Assembly: GCA_033762425.1 (NCBI GenBank)
Contig: JANRLP010000007.1
Coordinates: 1-56,288 of the forward strand
Direction: 5' to 3'
From: Leptospiraceae bacterium
GTDB lineage: Bacteria; Spirochaetota; Leptospiria; Leptospirales; Leptospiraceae
Length of the DNA: 56,288 nt
This document shows positions 29,701 to 39,865 of the stretch, piece after piece. Position numbers and translations under genes: made by a program. Position 1 is the stretch's first letter; the number at the start of each line of letters is the position of its first letter. The notes below the pieces were generated by a model. That model was not told the DNA's origin. It worked only from the letters and a program-made list of their open reading frames with translations, and did no database searches.

Positions 29701-31891
29701 GAATGCCTATCAAAATGCTATTTCAGTCGGAGATATTGAATTTGCTTCCCATAGTGCTCTTGTATATGGTTATTACTCTTATTTAAGTGGTCTAGATCTA
29801 GAAGAAGTTTTAAGTAGAGTTAGACTTTGTGTAGATGCTTCACAAAACTTAAAACAAGAGACAGATTTGAATGTATTAAACATGTATAAACAAATAACGA
29901 TGACACTTACTGAGAGAGATTCTTTTCACCATAATCTATCAGGAAGTTCTTTTGAACCTAAAGAACTTTTCAAAGTAAATGAATCAGAAATTGATAAAAC
30001 AAGTCTTTTTCATTTTAATTTCCTTTCGCTAATTTTAAGTTATATGATGAAGGATTTTGAAACTGCAATCATACATGCAGAAAAAAATGCACTAAACAAA
30101 GAAGGAGCATTAAGTGTCTATATGCTCCCAGTAAATTACTTTTATGATTCACTTGTAAGACTTGCATTATATAAAAAAGGGGATCTAAACTCAAAGCTAA
30201 AATCTAAATATTTAAAAATTGTTAAAAGTAATTTAGCCATATTGTCAAAATGGGAAAAATACTGCAGTGAAAATCTTGAGAATAAAGTTTTGATTATTAA
30301 AGCAGAACTTGCTTCGATTGATAACGATTTTTCTAAAGCAGTTTTTTTGTATGAAAAAGCAATTTTAAAATCTAAAGTTAACGGCTTTACTAATGAAGAA
30401 GGAATTGTCTCTGAACTTTGCGGGAATTTTTATCAAACAAATGGATTAAAAGAAGTATCTAGATTATATTTTTCACAGGCTAGAATTGCTTTTAATAAAT
30501 GGGGAGCATCACTTATTGTAGCAAGACTAGATAAATCAAATCCTACCTTAACTAGAAAAACTGACATCGAAATATCTGAGATAATATCGACTAGTGATAC
30601 TAGTCTTAATCTTAGCACTAAGACAAGAGGTCTAGATGTATCTACTATATTAAAATTTTCTCACGTACTTTCTAGTGAGACTGATTTGAAAAATTTATTA
30701 GGAAAAATTGTTTCTATGTCAATGGAAAACGCTGGAGCAGAAAAAGGAGTTCTAATCCTTGAAAAAAAGGGAAAACTTTATGTTGAAGCCTCAATCAATT
30801 CTAGTAATAAAATTGTTAAGGAAGAGTCAATTCCAGTTTTTGAATTTTCAGAACTTTCAGAAAAAATTGTAAATTATGTTTGGAAAACTAAAGAGGGGGT
30901 AGTACTCGCTAATGCTAGCAATGAAGGACTATTCATTAAAGATCCCTATGTTCAAGCTAACAAAATTAAATCAGTTTTATGCTCACCAATACTACACAAA
31001 AAAAGACTATCTGGAATTTTATACCTTGAAAATAATCTCACTACTAATGCATTTATCAATGAACGTCTTGAGTTATTATCAATACTTTCAACTCAGGCAG
31101 CAATTTCAATTGAAAATGCTAGACTTATCTCTGAAAGAGAAAGTTCAGCTAAACTTGCTAAAGAAATGGAAATCACTGCAAGAATTCAAAAATCTTTGAT
31201 TCCTGAAGTTCCTTACTGTGAAGGTTATGAAATCAGCTCTTTCATGCAAGCAGCAGAATCTGTTGGAGGAGATTATTATGATGTAATTAATACTAAAGAT
31301 AAAGATTGGTTTATTATAGGTGATGTTTCTGGTCACGGGATTCTTTCTGGATTAATCATGATGATGGTTCAGACTTCTATTCATATACTTCTGTCAAATG
31401 ATACTAGTTTCACACCAGCAAAACTTTTATTAACCCTTTTGAATGGGATCGAAGAAAATATTAGAAAGATTTCAAGACATGAGTATAAGTATATGACTGT
31501 CACCTTTTTGAGTTTTAACAAAGAAGGTGAATTTAGTTTCGCGGGACAACATCAAGACTTAATCATTTATCGCAAGAATACTAATTCAATAGAAAAGATT
31601 CAGACCGAAGGAATTTGGATTGGTGTAGGAAGTATGACTGATCATAAAGAGGATTTGATAAAAGATAAAACTTTTAAAATGGAATCAGGTGATATTCTTG
31701 TTCTATATACTGATGGAATCACTGAAGGAGAAAATTCTGATTTAGAAATGCTTGGTACAGAGGGACTTTGTAAATTAATTTTTCATAATTCTACAAAAAC
31801 TGTTTCTCAGATTAAAGATGAAATATTAAAAATTACAAAAGAATATAAGTGTAATGACGATATAACTTTTTTAGTAATTCAAAAAAAATAA
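26717..31891 (+). CDS. Giant multidomain signalling protein: Ser/Thr protein kinase + P-loop (AAA/STAND-like) ATPase + TPR-like region + GAF + PP2C/SpoIIE phosphatase
   Basis: Kinase motifs HKDIKPHNII, DFGIS, PYISPEQ. Walker A VSGDPGIGKSRL and Walker B LFLDDLQWAD. GAF domain around residues 1330-1480. C-terminal PP2C (GDVSGHGILSGLIMMMVQ). Confidence 0.85.
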   Translation: MEKIGEFLLLEKIAETKKSAIYRAKKSSDTQKVVLKILKREFNSAVEIARIKQESSLVENLSINGIILSKGILISENTVALILEDTGGTSLKQFLNQYSVNYMDFFPIAISLANTLALIHSNNIIHKDIKPHNIIVDHISGEIQNARITDFGISTIINEKIAEIYETSTIEGTLPYISPEQTGRMNLNVDYRTDLYSLGITFFEILTGKLPFESRDPLELIHQHMAKEAPKVHEINKSIPEVLSSIITKLIAKSPEDRYQSAYGLKNELEYCYTEIKKSGKSFSFQPGFMDICDRFIIPQKLFGRENEVEKLLNSFESVTFGKTKIVLVSGDPGIGKSRLVNEIHKPLIKHKGYFITGKYDQIRREVPFSSIIQSFQTLLKQILAESEERISYWREELKLALGDNGKVISSVIPELELILGKQQEISELSPEESMNRFYYTFLNFVKVFTKRDHPITLFLDDLQWADLPSLNLLKIILQDRKLNHLLIIFAFRDGEVGESHPFKILISELEKMNREIDSIHLDSLKINDVENFIVHLIGNQQTKSRVISNILYEKTRGNPFFLNQFTKRLYEEKIIEFTVGKGWSCDFERIQSLEVTDNVVELMAKKIASLSPTSMKLLELASCIGNRFTLEQLSLVNETSIEETLFILNETLQEGFVTFSKDYYKFLHDRIQEAAYSLITDEEKILYHRKIGELTLKDSIGEKIFENVFYIADQFNKAIPSFLEEDEKLKLIELNLLAGKKALSSAAYFSAFHYFKTCLQVIKSFPDFWNEKYSLTLSIYTYTAESAYLCLKYDEMEVYSDEALSKTQSMIDRISIYEIKIKTFIARYDLKNAVEEGLRVLKELGIRFPKKPNPGHAVLSLLSAKIKLLIRNDNILDLPKLEDANTLAAIRIISTINSATYFAAPDLLPLLLLKVVNLSLSKGNSRFSAYNFVGFGLILCSLEFFLYGNKIGKLAIELVEKQNQKEEKPRVYFVYNTFVRPWVEPVSNCLDPLLNAYQNAISVGDIEFASHSALVYGYYSYLSGLDLEEVLSRVRLCVDASQNLKQETDLNVLNMYKQITMTLTERDSFHHNLSGSSFEPKELFKVNESEIDKTSLFHFNFLSLILSYMMKDFETAIIHAEKNALNKEGALSVYMLPVNYFYDSLVRLALYKKGDLNSKLKSKYLKIVKSNLAILSKWEKYCSENLENKVLIIKAELASIDNDFSKAVFLYEKAILKSKVNGFTNEEGIVSELCGNFYQTNGLKEVSRLYFSQARIAFNKWGASLIVARLDKSNPTLTRKTDIEISEIISTSDTSLNLSTKTRGLDVSTILKFSHVLSSETDLKNLLGKIVSMSMENAGAEKGVLILEKKGKLYVEASINSSNKIVKEESIPVFEFSELSEKIVNYVWKTKEGVVLANASNEGLFIKDPYVQANKIKSVLCSPILHKKRLSGILYLENNLTTNAFINERLELLSILSTQAAISIENARLISERESSAKLAKEMEITARIQKSLIPEVPYCEGYEISSFMQAAESVGGDYYDVINTKDKDWFIIGDVSGHGILSGLIMMMVQTSIHILLSNDTSFTPAKLLLTLLNGIEENIRKISRHEYKYMTVTFLSFNKEGEFSFAGQHQDLIIYRKNTNSIEKIQTEGIWIGVGSMTDHKEDLIKDKTFKMESGDILVLYTDGITEGENSDLEMLGTEGLCKLIFHNSTKTVSQIKDEILKITKEYKCNDDITFLVIQKK

Positions 31892-31975
31892 TCATTATAA
31901 CTAAATAATAAATTTTATTCTATTCAACAAAACTGGATTTAAGGAATTGTTACTAAGAATTTTATTAAAGAACTT

Positions 31976-32995
31976 ATGAACAATTCCATTCAAACCTCTT
32001 TATCATTAAATGAATTAAAAAATACCATTCCATCTAATCTATTCAAGCCATCAGATGGAAAGTCTATTTATTATTTCATTAAAGACATTATCATTATACT
32101 TAGTTTATTAGCTCTGGCATATTTTATAAATTCTTGGTATTTTTACCCAATTTATTGGTTAGTCCAAGGAACTTATTTTTGGGCGTTATTTGTAATTGGT
32201 CATGACTGTGGTCATGGGTCATTTTCTTCTAGTAAAAAAATTAATAACCTTTTTGGTCATCTATCTCATGCACCAATTCTAGTTCCTTTTCATGGTTGGA
32301 GAATAAGTCATAGAAAACATCATAATAATACTGGCAACATTGAAAAAGATGAAAGTTGGTTTCCAATTCATGAGCATGAATATAATGAGTTGAATTGGGC
32401 TTCTAAACTTATTAGGTACCAATTGTTTCTATTTGTATTTCCATTGTATCTACTTGTACGTTCTCCTAAAAGAGATGGCTCACATTTTTTTCCATCTAGT
32501 GATCTGTTTCAAGAATCAGAGCGAAATGAAGTTTTAATAAGTTCATTTTCCGTACTTATCGTTTTGATTTGTCTAGTTTTATTTGCCTATTTTTTTGGAT
32601 TTAATTTACTATTTAAATTATATATTGCACCATATGTTATCTTTACCGTATGGATTTCCCTTGTTACCTTGCTTCATCATACTGATATAGATATTCCTTG
32701 GTACAATAATCACTCTTGGGAATATCTAAAGGGTGCTCTATCCTCAAGAGATAGATCTTATGGATTTATTGAAAACATACATCATAACATCGGAACCCAT
32801 GTCATTCATCATATCTTCCCAAAGATTCCGCACTATAATTTGATTGAAGCAAATCAATATCTTATGAAAAGTATTGAAGTTCCTACTTCAAAAGAACCAG
32901 TTTGGAAAACTCTACTTAGAGTTTATAGGAGTTGTAAATTCATTCCCGATGAAGGAAATATTTTCTACTATAAATCTCCTAAAAGTTTAAACTAA
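31976..32995 (+). CDS. Membrane fatty-acid desaturase (acyl-lipid desaturase family)
   Basis: Three histidine boxes: HDCGH, HRKHH, HVIHH. Confidence 0.85.
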   Translation: MNNSIQTSLSLNELKNTIPSNLFKPSDGKSIYYFIKDIIIILSLLALAYFINSWYFYPIYWLVQGTYFWALFVIGHDCGHGSFSSSKKINNLFGHLSHAPILVPFHGWRISHRKHHNNTGNIEKDESWFPIHEHEYNELNWASKLIRYQLFLFVFPLYLLVRSPKRDGSHFFPSSDLFQESERNEVLISSFSVLIVLICLVLFAYFFGFNLLFKLYIAPYVIFTVWISLVTLLHHTDIDIPWYNNHSWEYLKGALSSRDRSYGFIENIHHNIGTHVIHHIFPKIPHYNLIEANQYLMKSIEVPTSKEPVWKTLLRVYRSCKFIPDEGNIFYYKSPKSLN

Positions 32996-35900
32996 CCTTC
33001 GATCCATCATGAGTTAGTTCTACTTTTAAATAAGTATTAATTTCATTTTTCAATTCTTCAACATGAGAAATAATTCCAACTATTCTATTTTCTTTACGAA
33101 GTGATTTGAGTGAATCAAGGACTATTCTAAGTGAATCTTTGTCTAAGGAACCGAATCCTTCATCTAAAAAAAAGAAATTTTCTCTTCTTTGGTTTGCAAG
33201 AGTAATACTATCGGCTAATGATAGTGAAAGTGCTAAAGAAGCCTGAAATATTTGACCTCCTGAAAGAGTTTTCACACTTCTAAGTTTTCCACCATTCAAA
33301 ATATCCCTTACCCAAAAATTATTATCTTCGTCTAGTTCTAGTTCAAGACTTCTATTTGTAAACTTTCTAAACCTCTCGTTTGCCGACTCGCAGATTTGGT
33401 TTAAATAAAGTCTAGAAACATAGTTCACAAATTCCTTTCCTTTAAAAAGTTTACTAAGAATTTCCAAACCTTCTTTCCGTTGTTTGAGTATGCTCTTTTT
33501 CTCGTTTAACCTATTTCTATTCAATAAGTTCAGAGATTGATTCTTTACTCTTTGTTCTAATGCACCCTTTAGCTCATTATTACTTTTAAAAACTTTATCT
33601 AGTTCAATTTGATCTTTTTTAAGTCTATCAGACTTATCTACTAGATTCGTTTCCTTTGGTAATTCTTTTTCAAATTTTTGTATTTCATCTTTAAGAATAT
33701 TATACTTATTGAAAAAAATCTTTTCCTCACTTAGTTCGTTCTCAAAATCAGACCTTTTGTTGTAAAACTCAACAAGTTCAATCTCCGAAATATTGACTGA
33801 ATCAATAATTATTTTTATCTTTCGCCAAGACTCATTTTTTATATTTAATGAGTTATTAACTTCATGTCTTAGAGTTTCAATGTTTCCAGAAATATTCTGA
33901 ACTAACTTATCAATCTCTATCTTTTCTTTCATAAAGGTTTCTAGTTCAGTTTTCATATTATATAATTGATTTGATACTCTATCTAAATCTTTTTGATAAG
34001 AATTGATATCAATCGAACTAAAATCTATCGTATAATCTTTGGGTATTAGTTTAAGAATTTCTTGTGCTCTACCTTCAAGAATTGAAATTTCTTTATCAAA
34101 ATTATTTAATAAATTTTTTTCAGAAATTAACCTATCCTGTAAACTAGAAATAGTTTCCCTAAGTCTTTGCTTTTTGGATTCTAACTTTATTCTTTCTTGT
34201 CTAGATTCTTTTAGTTCAGAGTATCTAAGTTCAAAAGTTTCAATCTCAAATCCTAAACTCTTTAGTTCTTCTAAAAAAGAATGATTCTGAACCTCTAATT
34301 GATTTAGATGATACTTTTCTTCATTCAACATTGAAAGTTTTGCTTCTATCATTTCTGCTTTTGATTTATAAGAATTCCTATTATTGAAAAACTTCATTAT
34401 ACTAGCTTCAATATCTTTCTTTGCAAGTTTTAATTCATCTAAAGAAACATGAGCAATAGTAAATGGAACAGGATGATCTAAAGATCCACAGATAGGACAA
34501 GCGTTACCTTCTATTAGTGAACTAGATAACTCGATTAGAATTGACTCTTTCTGCTTCTCCTCAAGATCTTTTTCAATCTGCATTTTTTTGTTGCTTAATG
34601 TAATACATTCTGAACTAATATCAATAAATTTTGGTTCGAGTGCGACTAGTTCTAATCTAATGAAGTTCTTTTCTTTTTCTAGTGACTTTATATTGACTTC
34701 TATCTCTAGAATCTTATTTCTAACGTTTTGAATTCTAGTTTCTTTTTCTTTGTAGTTAGATAGATTAGAATTAACATCACTTAGTTTATCATACTCTAAT
34801 AGACTATTTTCTAATTTTATGGAAATTGAATCTAAGTCTTCTAATGTCTTTTTTTGCTGAAACAATTCCTGATTAGTTTTTGAAATTAGGTTTTCTATAT
34901 TAGATTTTTCTAATATAATTTCTATTTTTTCTTTATGAATTTTAGCTCCATCTAATATATTTTTTTTAATATTTAATTCATCTTCAATATTTTCTTCTAA
35001 TAATTTATTTTGAATTTGTTGAATTTTTTTTTCAAATTCTTGCTTTTTTAAATTTTTTTCTTCAAATAACTTTTCTTTTTCTAAAAGATTAAGCATAAAC
35101 TTTTCATAATTTTTAGATTCACTTTGATATATCCCAAAATTATTTAGAGTATCAGTTTTTGTAATTTCTTTAAATTTCATTAGGATTTCTTTTCTTGAAT
35201 CTCTTTTTTCTTTTTCGAGATTAAGTTCATTTAACTCATATTTCTTTTGAAGAAAATGATTCCACTGATCTAATTCCTTCGATGTTTTAATAATTTCATC
35301 TCTATTAAAGTTGATTTTATTTTGTAAATCTTGAAGTTCTGCTTCTAAATTGACCAAGCTATTTTTATCTGCTTCCAAAGATTCTTCACTAACTTCAACT
35401 AACCCGGATAGTTCTCCTTCAATATAACTTAGTTCTTTTTCATTTTGATCAATCTTTGTTTTTACTTTTTCTGTTAAATCAAATCTCTCAAGATGAAATA
35501 AATCCATCAACATCTGAGATCTTTCTTTTGGTGTAAGAGTTAGAAACTCTTGAAACTTACCTTGAGGAAGAATCACTGCTCTTTTAAAATTTTGATAATT
35601 CAATCCTAGAATTTCTTCTGGACTTCTTATTTCTACCTCCCAATTATCTTTGATAAGTTTATGAATTTGCCTTAGAGTAGATTCTACCTTATGGAATGAT
35701 TTTTGATTTCTTCTATATGCTGCATAAAACTTATAAGTTTCACCATCAATCTCAGCAATAAGTTCTATAAAACATTTATTGCTCTTCAAGTTCATCGAGT
35801 TATAATTTTTATCTGATGAACCTAACTTATCAATTTCTCCATAAATAGCAAAACTAATTGCTTCTATTATGGAAGACTTACCAGAACCAACACTTCCAAA

Positions 35901-35999
35901 AATACCAAAAAGCCCACTTCTAGTTAATGTTTGAAATTCAATCTGTGTTTCAGATTGATATGATGCAAACCCAGAAAATTTAAGTGAAACTGGAATCAT
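32979..35999 (-). CDS. sbcC: SbcC/Rad50-family DSB repair ATPase
   Basis: N-terminal Walker A GIFGSVGSGKSS, long coiled coil with a CxxC zinc hook (ACPICGS), and C-terminal signature/Walker B (LSGGQ...FFFLDEGFGSLD). Confidence 0.85.
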   Translation of the reverse strand: MIPVSLKFSGFASYQSETQIEFQTLTRSGLFGIFGSVGSGKSSIIEAISFAIYGEIDKLGSSDKNYNSMNLKSNKCFIELIAEIDGETYKFYAAYRRNQKSFHKVESTLRQIHKLIKDNWEVEIRSPEEILGLNYQNFKRAVILPQGKFQEFLTLTPKERSQMLMDLFHLERFDLTEKVKTKIDQNEKELSYIEGELSGLVEVSEESLEADKNSLVNLEAELQDLQNKINFNRDEIIKTSKELDQWNHFLQKKYELNELNLEKEKRDSRKEILMKFKEITKTDTLNNFGIYQSESKNYEKFMLNLLEKEKLFEEKNLKKQEFEKKIQQIQNKLLEENIEDELNIKKNILDGAKIHKEKIEIILEKSNIENLISKTNQELFQQKKTLEDLDSISIKLENSLLEYDKLSDVNSNLSNYKEKETRIQNVRNKILEIEVNIKSLEKEKNFIRLELVALEPKFIDISSECITLSNKKMQIEKDLEEKQKESILIELSSSLIEGNACPICGSLDHPVPFTIAHVSLDELKLAKKDIEASIMKFFNNRNSYKSKAEMIEAKLSMLNEEKYHLNQLEVQNHSFLEELKSLGFEIETFELRYSELKESRQERIKLESKKQRLRETISSLQDRLISEKNLLNNFDKEISILEGRAQEILKLIPKDYTIDFSSIDINSYQKDLDRVSNQLYNMKTELETFMKEKIEIDKLVQNISGNIETLRHEVNNSLNIKNESWRKIKIIIDSVNISEIELVEFYNKRSDFENELSEEKIFFNKYNILKDEIQKFEKELPKETNLVDKSDRLKKDQIELDKVFKSNNELKGALEQRVKNQSLNLLNRNRLNEKKSILKQRKEGLEILSKLFKGKEFVNYVSRLYLNQICESANERFRKFTNRSLELELDEDNNFWVRDILNGGKLRSVKTLSGGQIFQASLALSLSLADSITLANQRRENFFFLDEGFGSLDKDSLRIVLDSLKSLRKENRIVGIISHVEELKNEINTYLKVELTHDGSKVSLNF

Positions 36000-37207
36000 T
36001 CATCCTCGTTTAAAACTTCTGAAAATAAGTTCTTCAAAAATTCATTTGGTTTAATCTTATTCTTAGACTCAAAAAATTTTTCAAACAATTCTTCGATAGG
36101 TTCTCTGATATCAGGAACTGAATTTTTCTCAAGAGTATTTGTTCTTAAAAAAGGAATTATATTTAAGATTCCAGAATGAGATTCTCTAATTTCTATCAAA
36201 TCTTTAGGTTCGGGATAGTTTTCTAAATTCAAAGTGATTTCGACTAACGCATCAGGATTTTCTTTCAACCAGAATATTGCATCTTGAGGAGAATTAAATT
36301 CTTTTCTAAAAATTTTCTTACCCGAATTTATTGGAATTTTATCAATAGTAGTTTCCTTTTTAGTAATTTCAGTAACAACCACGAATTTTTGTTGGTCTGC
36401 TTCAGATAAGGAATATGCGATTGGACTTCCAGAATATATAACAGGAAATTTTTTTCCAGATAGTTGATGATATTTATGAATATGTCCGAGGGCAACATAA
36501 TCGATCCCATCCGGAAGTTTAGAGACTGAAATCTGCCCTATCCCTCCTACACTTACAATAGACCTCTCATCCTCAGACTCTTCTATAATTTCTAAACTTG
36601 AACCTGTATAAAAATGATGACTTAAAAGCAGTTTAAAACTATCTCCAGAAAATTCGTCTTTAACCTTCTCAGCAATATAATCTATAATAAAACTCTCACT
36701 AGTTTTTTCAGTAGAAAAACTTTTTCTCATTCTCTCCTCACTAACATAAGGAAGAGCTATAATCTGAATCCTAGACTCAATACTAGGAAGCCTAAGTTCA
36801 AAAAAACTTTCACTTGATCTATCAATCATGATATTCTTTCCAATTTCGCCTAACGTAGCTTTAAAATTTGGATAACCAGCTAAAATTACTCCATGCTCGA
36901 GAGACAAGGATAATGCAGATTCAATTCGATCAGGGCTATCATGATTTCCTGCAATTACAATTACAGGTCTAGTTCCATCAGAAGAAAGTTTAGTTAAAGT
37001 TGAATAAAAAAGTTTTACTGCATCAATAGGAGGATTTGCAGTATCAAAAATATCTCCTGCAATTAAGACTAAATCAATATTTTGTTTATTTGTGATAGAA
37101 ACAATTTCTTCTAATACTTTTTCTTGTTCAGGAAGTCTTGAAAAATTTTCTAAATACTTTCCAAGATGCCAGTCACTAGTATGTAGAATTCTAAGACTAT
37201 TCTTCAT
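35996..37207 (-). CDS. sbcD: SbcD/Mre11-family nuclease
   Basis: Calcineurin-like phosphoesterase motifs (ILHTSDWHLG, IAGDIFD, GNHD, GHIH). Confidence 0.85.
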   Translation of the reverse strand: MKNSLRILHTSDWHLGKYLENFSRLPEQEKVLEEIVSITNKQNIDLVLIAGDIFDTANPPIDAVKLFYSTLTKLSSDGTRPVIVIAGNHDSPDRIESALSLSLEHGVILAGYPNFKATLGEIGKNIMIDRSSESFFELRLPSIESRIQIIALPYVSEERMRKSFSTEKTSESFIIDYIAEKVKDEFSGDSFKLLLSHHFYTGSSLEIIEESEDERSIVSVGGIGQISVSKLPDGIDYVALGHIHKYHQLSGKKFPVIYSGSPIAYSLSEADQQKFVVVTEITKKETTIDKIPINSGKKIFRKEFNSPQDAIFWLKENPDALVEITLNLENYPEPKDLIEIRESHSGILNIIPFLRTNTLEKNSVPDIREPIEELFEKFFESKNKIKPNEFLKNLFSEVLNEDE

Positions 37208-37742
37208 TAAGAATTTTAATATTTATATCAGTTGAAATTTTTCCTGTTCCATACTCAGAGTAATAATTCATATTTAATTTGTTTGGAAAAACATTTCCTA
37301 AATTGGGAAAATATCCCGACTCTTTTTTTTCATTCTGTCTTTGTTTAAGAATGCTGCCAAGATATTGAAAGGACCCAATCCAATTTTCCCCAAACTCAAC
37401 TCCTTCCATAATACCTCTAGAACCCGAAAACTCGTAATATGCTTGATATGTTCTTTTTAGTTCTTTTTGTTCAGTGATAGTAAACTTTCTATTGAATCGA
37501 ATCAAAAAACCCGGTGTTTCTCTAGATTTAAAATAAAGATAATTAGAAAGTGCATCCCAAGTATCAAATCTTCTATCTCTAGCAACCTTAATTTCATAAA
37601 GATGCTCTTTATTTAGAGCTTCTTTACAGACACCTTCTGAAGTGAAATTACCACAGAGTTCAACTGAGTCAATTTTTAATTGAGAGGGTTTACATCCAAA
37701 TATTATCGCTAGACAAAAGTATAATAATATCTTCATAATCAC
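37197..37742 (-). CDS. Hypothetical lipoprotein
   Basis: Signal peptide plus lipobox (IIFGCK). No recognisable domain. Confidence 0.4.
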   Translation of the reverse strand: MIMKILLYFCLAIIFGCKPSQLKIDSVELCGNFTSEGVCKEALNKEHLYEIKVARDRRFDTWDALSNYLYFKSRETPGFLIRFNRKFTITEQKELKRTYQAYYEFSGSRGIMEGVEFGENWIGSFQYLGSILKQRQNEKKESGYFPNLGNVFPNKLNMNYYSEYGTGKISTDINIKILNEE

Positions 37743-38278
37743 TTCCTAAGATTTGCAATATGAAAGTCTCTAAGAGCAGTAAAGAAGTAATGAACATCTT
37801 TCATCGAAAAGAATTCAGGTGAAGAATCAGTTGGGATTAAATCTAAACGTTCATACTTATATACTATCTCAGCAAATACTCCTTGAAACAAATAGATTCT
37901 ATGAAAATCATCATATGATGAAGAAATAACAACGTTATGCGATGTTAGATAGCCTGGAATCAATTTTAAGGAATAGTCCTTAGCCTCTAATTTTTTTTGA
38001 ATCTTTATAGCTTTCTTTTTTAATTCAGGAAGTTCATCTCTATTTATCCTACGTTTAAAACTGAGAATCCTAGTTTCTTCACCAAAAGAATTACCAATCC
38101 TTTCTGTGAATTCTTCTCTCCATCTTGGTAGAGATGGGCTTTCTAAATGAACCGGATAAAAAACTTGTTCAGCAAGTTCTTTTACTTTAAAATATATTTC
38201 TAGATAGTTAAAGGAAACTATCAGAAAAAAAATTGCACTCTCAGGTTTTCTGGTAATTTCTTTTGGGTTAAGTAGCAT
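37739..38278 (-). CDS. Hypothetical protein (conserved, 179 aa)
   Basis: ORF co-directional with and overlapping cheB and the downstream lipoprotein by 1-4 bp. No motif recognised. Confidence 0.4.
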   Translation of the reverse strand: MLLNPKEITRKPESAIFFLIVSFNYLEIYFKVKELAEQVFYPVHLESPSLPRWREEFTERIGNSFGEETRILSFKRRINRDELPELKKKAIKIQKKLEAKDYSLKLIPGYLTSHNVVISSSYDDFHRIYLFQGVFAEIVYKYERLDLIPTDSSPEFFSMKDVHYFFTALRDFHIANLRK

Positions 38279-39333
38279 TATTTAAACCTATTAATTATAT
38301 GGGGAATATCGTCTAGTGGTAAAATTTTATCTACAGCACCACGTTTAATTGCTTCTTTGGGCATTCCAAATACCACACAGGATTCTTCGTTTTGTGCATA
38401 AGTGATCGCACCACTTTGTTTCATTTCTAAAAGTCCATTAGCTCCATCATCACCCATTCCAGTCATAATAATTCCAATTGCATTCTCACCAGCAGACTTA
38501 GCAACTGATCGAAACAAAACATCAACTGAGGGTCTATGCCTACTTACAAGTGGTCCGTCTTTAACCTCAACACGATACTGAGCACCACTTTTTACTAAAC
38601 TCATATGAAAACTTCCTGGTGCAATTAAAACTGTCCCTGGAATTACCCTATCCCCATGTTCCGCTTCTTTTACATCCATTTGGCTAACTTGGTTTAAACG
38701 ACTTGCATATGCTTTGGTAAATTTTTCTGGCATATGTTGTACAGCGATGATTCCAGGACAATCTCTGTCAACTCTAGAAAGAACATATTCTAGGGCAATC
38801 GTACCTCCCGCAGAAGTTCCAATTGCGATTACTTTGTCAGTTGTAATAAAATTTTTCTGTGTAGGTTTAGTTTTATTTGAAGATTCCATTCTACTTAACT
38901 TAAGAGAATAATTTACATTTGCACTTGCTGCAGTTCTAATTGCTTCCGTGAATTTAATCACTGAATCATCTAGAAAATTTTTGATTCCAACTAACGGTTT
39001 GGCTACTACTTCAACAGCTCCAGCAGAAAGCGCTTCCATACTAAGTTCAGATTTTTCTTGGGTTAATGTAGAACAAATGATTACTGGAGTTGGACGCTCA
39101 CTCATGATTTTTTTTAGAAAACTAATTCCATCCATTCTAGGCATCTCTACATCTAGAATGATTACATCTGGCCATGCTTGTTTCATTCTATCCATTGCAA
39201 AGATTGGATCCAGTGCTGTGAAAAGAAGTTCAAATTCAGGATTGTTCTGAATTATCTGACCCATCACTTGCCTAACAAGAGCAGAGTCATCAACGATTCC
39301 AACAAGAATTTTTTTCATAACCTTTTCAACCAA
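38278..39333 (-). CDS. cheB: Chemotaxis response regulator protein-glutamate methylesterase
   Basis: N-terminal REC ([13 protein letters not shown]...[11 protein letters not shown]) and C-terminal CheB methylesterase (IAIGTSAGG...HMPEKFT...GMGDDG). Confidence 0.9.
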   Translation of the reverse strand: MVEKVMKKILVGIVDDSALVRQVMGQIIQNNPEFELLFTALDPIFAMDRMKQAWPDVIILDVEMPRMDGISFLKKIMSERPTPVIICSTLTQEKSELSMEALSAGAVEVVAKPLVGIKNFLDDSVIKFTEAIRTAASANVNYSLKLSRMESSNKTKPTQKNFITTDKVIAIGTSAGGTIALEYVLSRVDRDCPGIIAVQHMPEKFTKAYASRLNQVSQMDVKEAEHGDRVIPGTVLIAPGSFHMSLVKSGAQYRVEVKDGPLVSRHRPSVDVLFRSVAKSAGENAIGIIMTGMGDDGANGLLEMKQSGAITYAQNEESCVVFGMPKEAIKRGAVDKILPLDDIPHIINRFK

Positions 39334-39812
39334 ACATTTCCACTCCAGATTTCAAAATGAATCCTTCTTGGTCTTAACCCTCCAACATTTTCGGAAACTA
39401 AATGAAGATTATTTTCAGCCATTCTCTTTTTTGCAAACAATATATTTTTTTCGCCAACATTAACAATATTAGTTTTTCTTAATATTCCTTCTTCTTGATT
39501 GCTAAAAAGACTGGATCCACCAAAAATTTTAATTTGGTATTCATTAGGTTTAGTATGGGTCTTATAAATTTCTTTCATAAAAAGTTCCCAAGCACCATTT
39601 CCATATCTTCCAGGATAAGGCATTTCTAAAAGCTCATCAATAGAACTTTCAGGAAGTACGTAATGGCACATTCCACCTTCCTTCTTTTTAGGATGCCAGA
39701 ATATAATTGAAACACATGAGCCAAGGATTGTTCTAATTCTAGTCGAAGTATCTCCCCAGTAAAATTCACCGGGTTGTAAAAACACATCTAATATATGTTC
39801 AGGTAGATGCAT
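39315..39812 (-). CDS. cheD: Chemoreceptor glutamine deamidase
   Basis: [19 protein letters not shown]...ILGSCVSI...GMCHYVLP pattern typical of CheD. Confidence 0.8.
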   Translation of the reverse strand: MHLPEHILDVFLQPGEFYWGDTSTRIRTILGSCVSIIFWHPKKKEGGMCHYVLPESSIDELLEMPYPGRYGNGAWELFMKEIYKTHTKPNEYQIKIFGGSSLFSNQEEGILRKTNIVNVGEKNILFAKKRMAENNLHLVSENVGGLRPRRIHFEIWSGNVWLKRL

Positions 39813-39865
39813 TCCAAGTTCTCAAAATTCTATTTTTGTAATTGCTAAAGTTGGAAATCTAAGTA

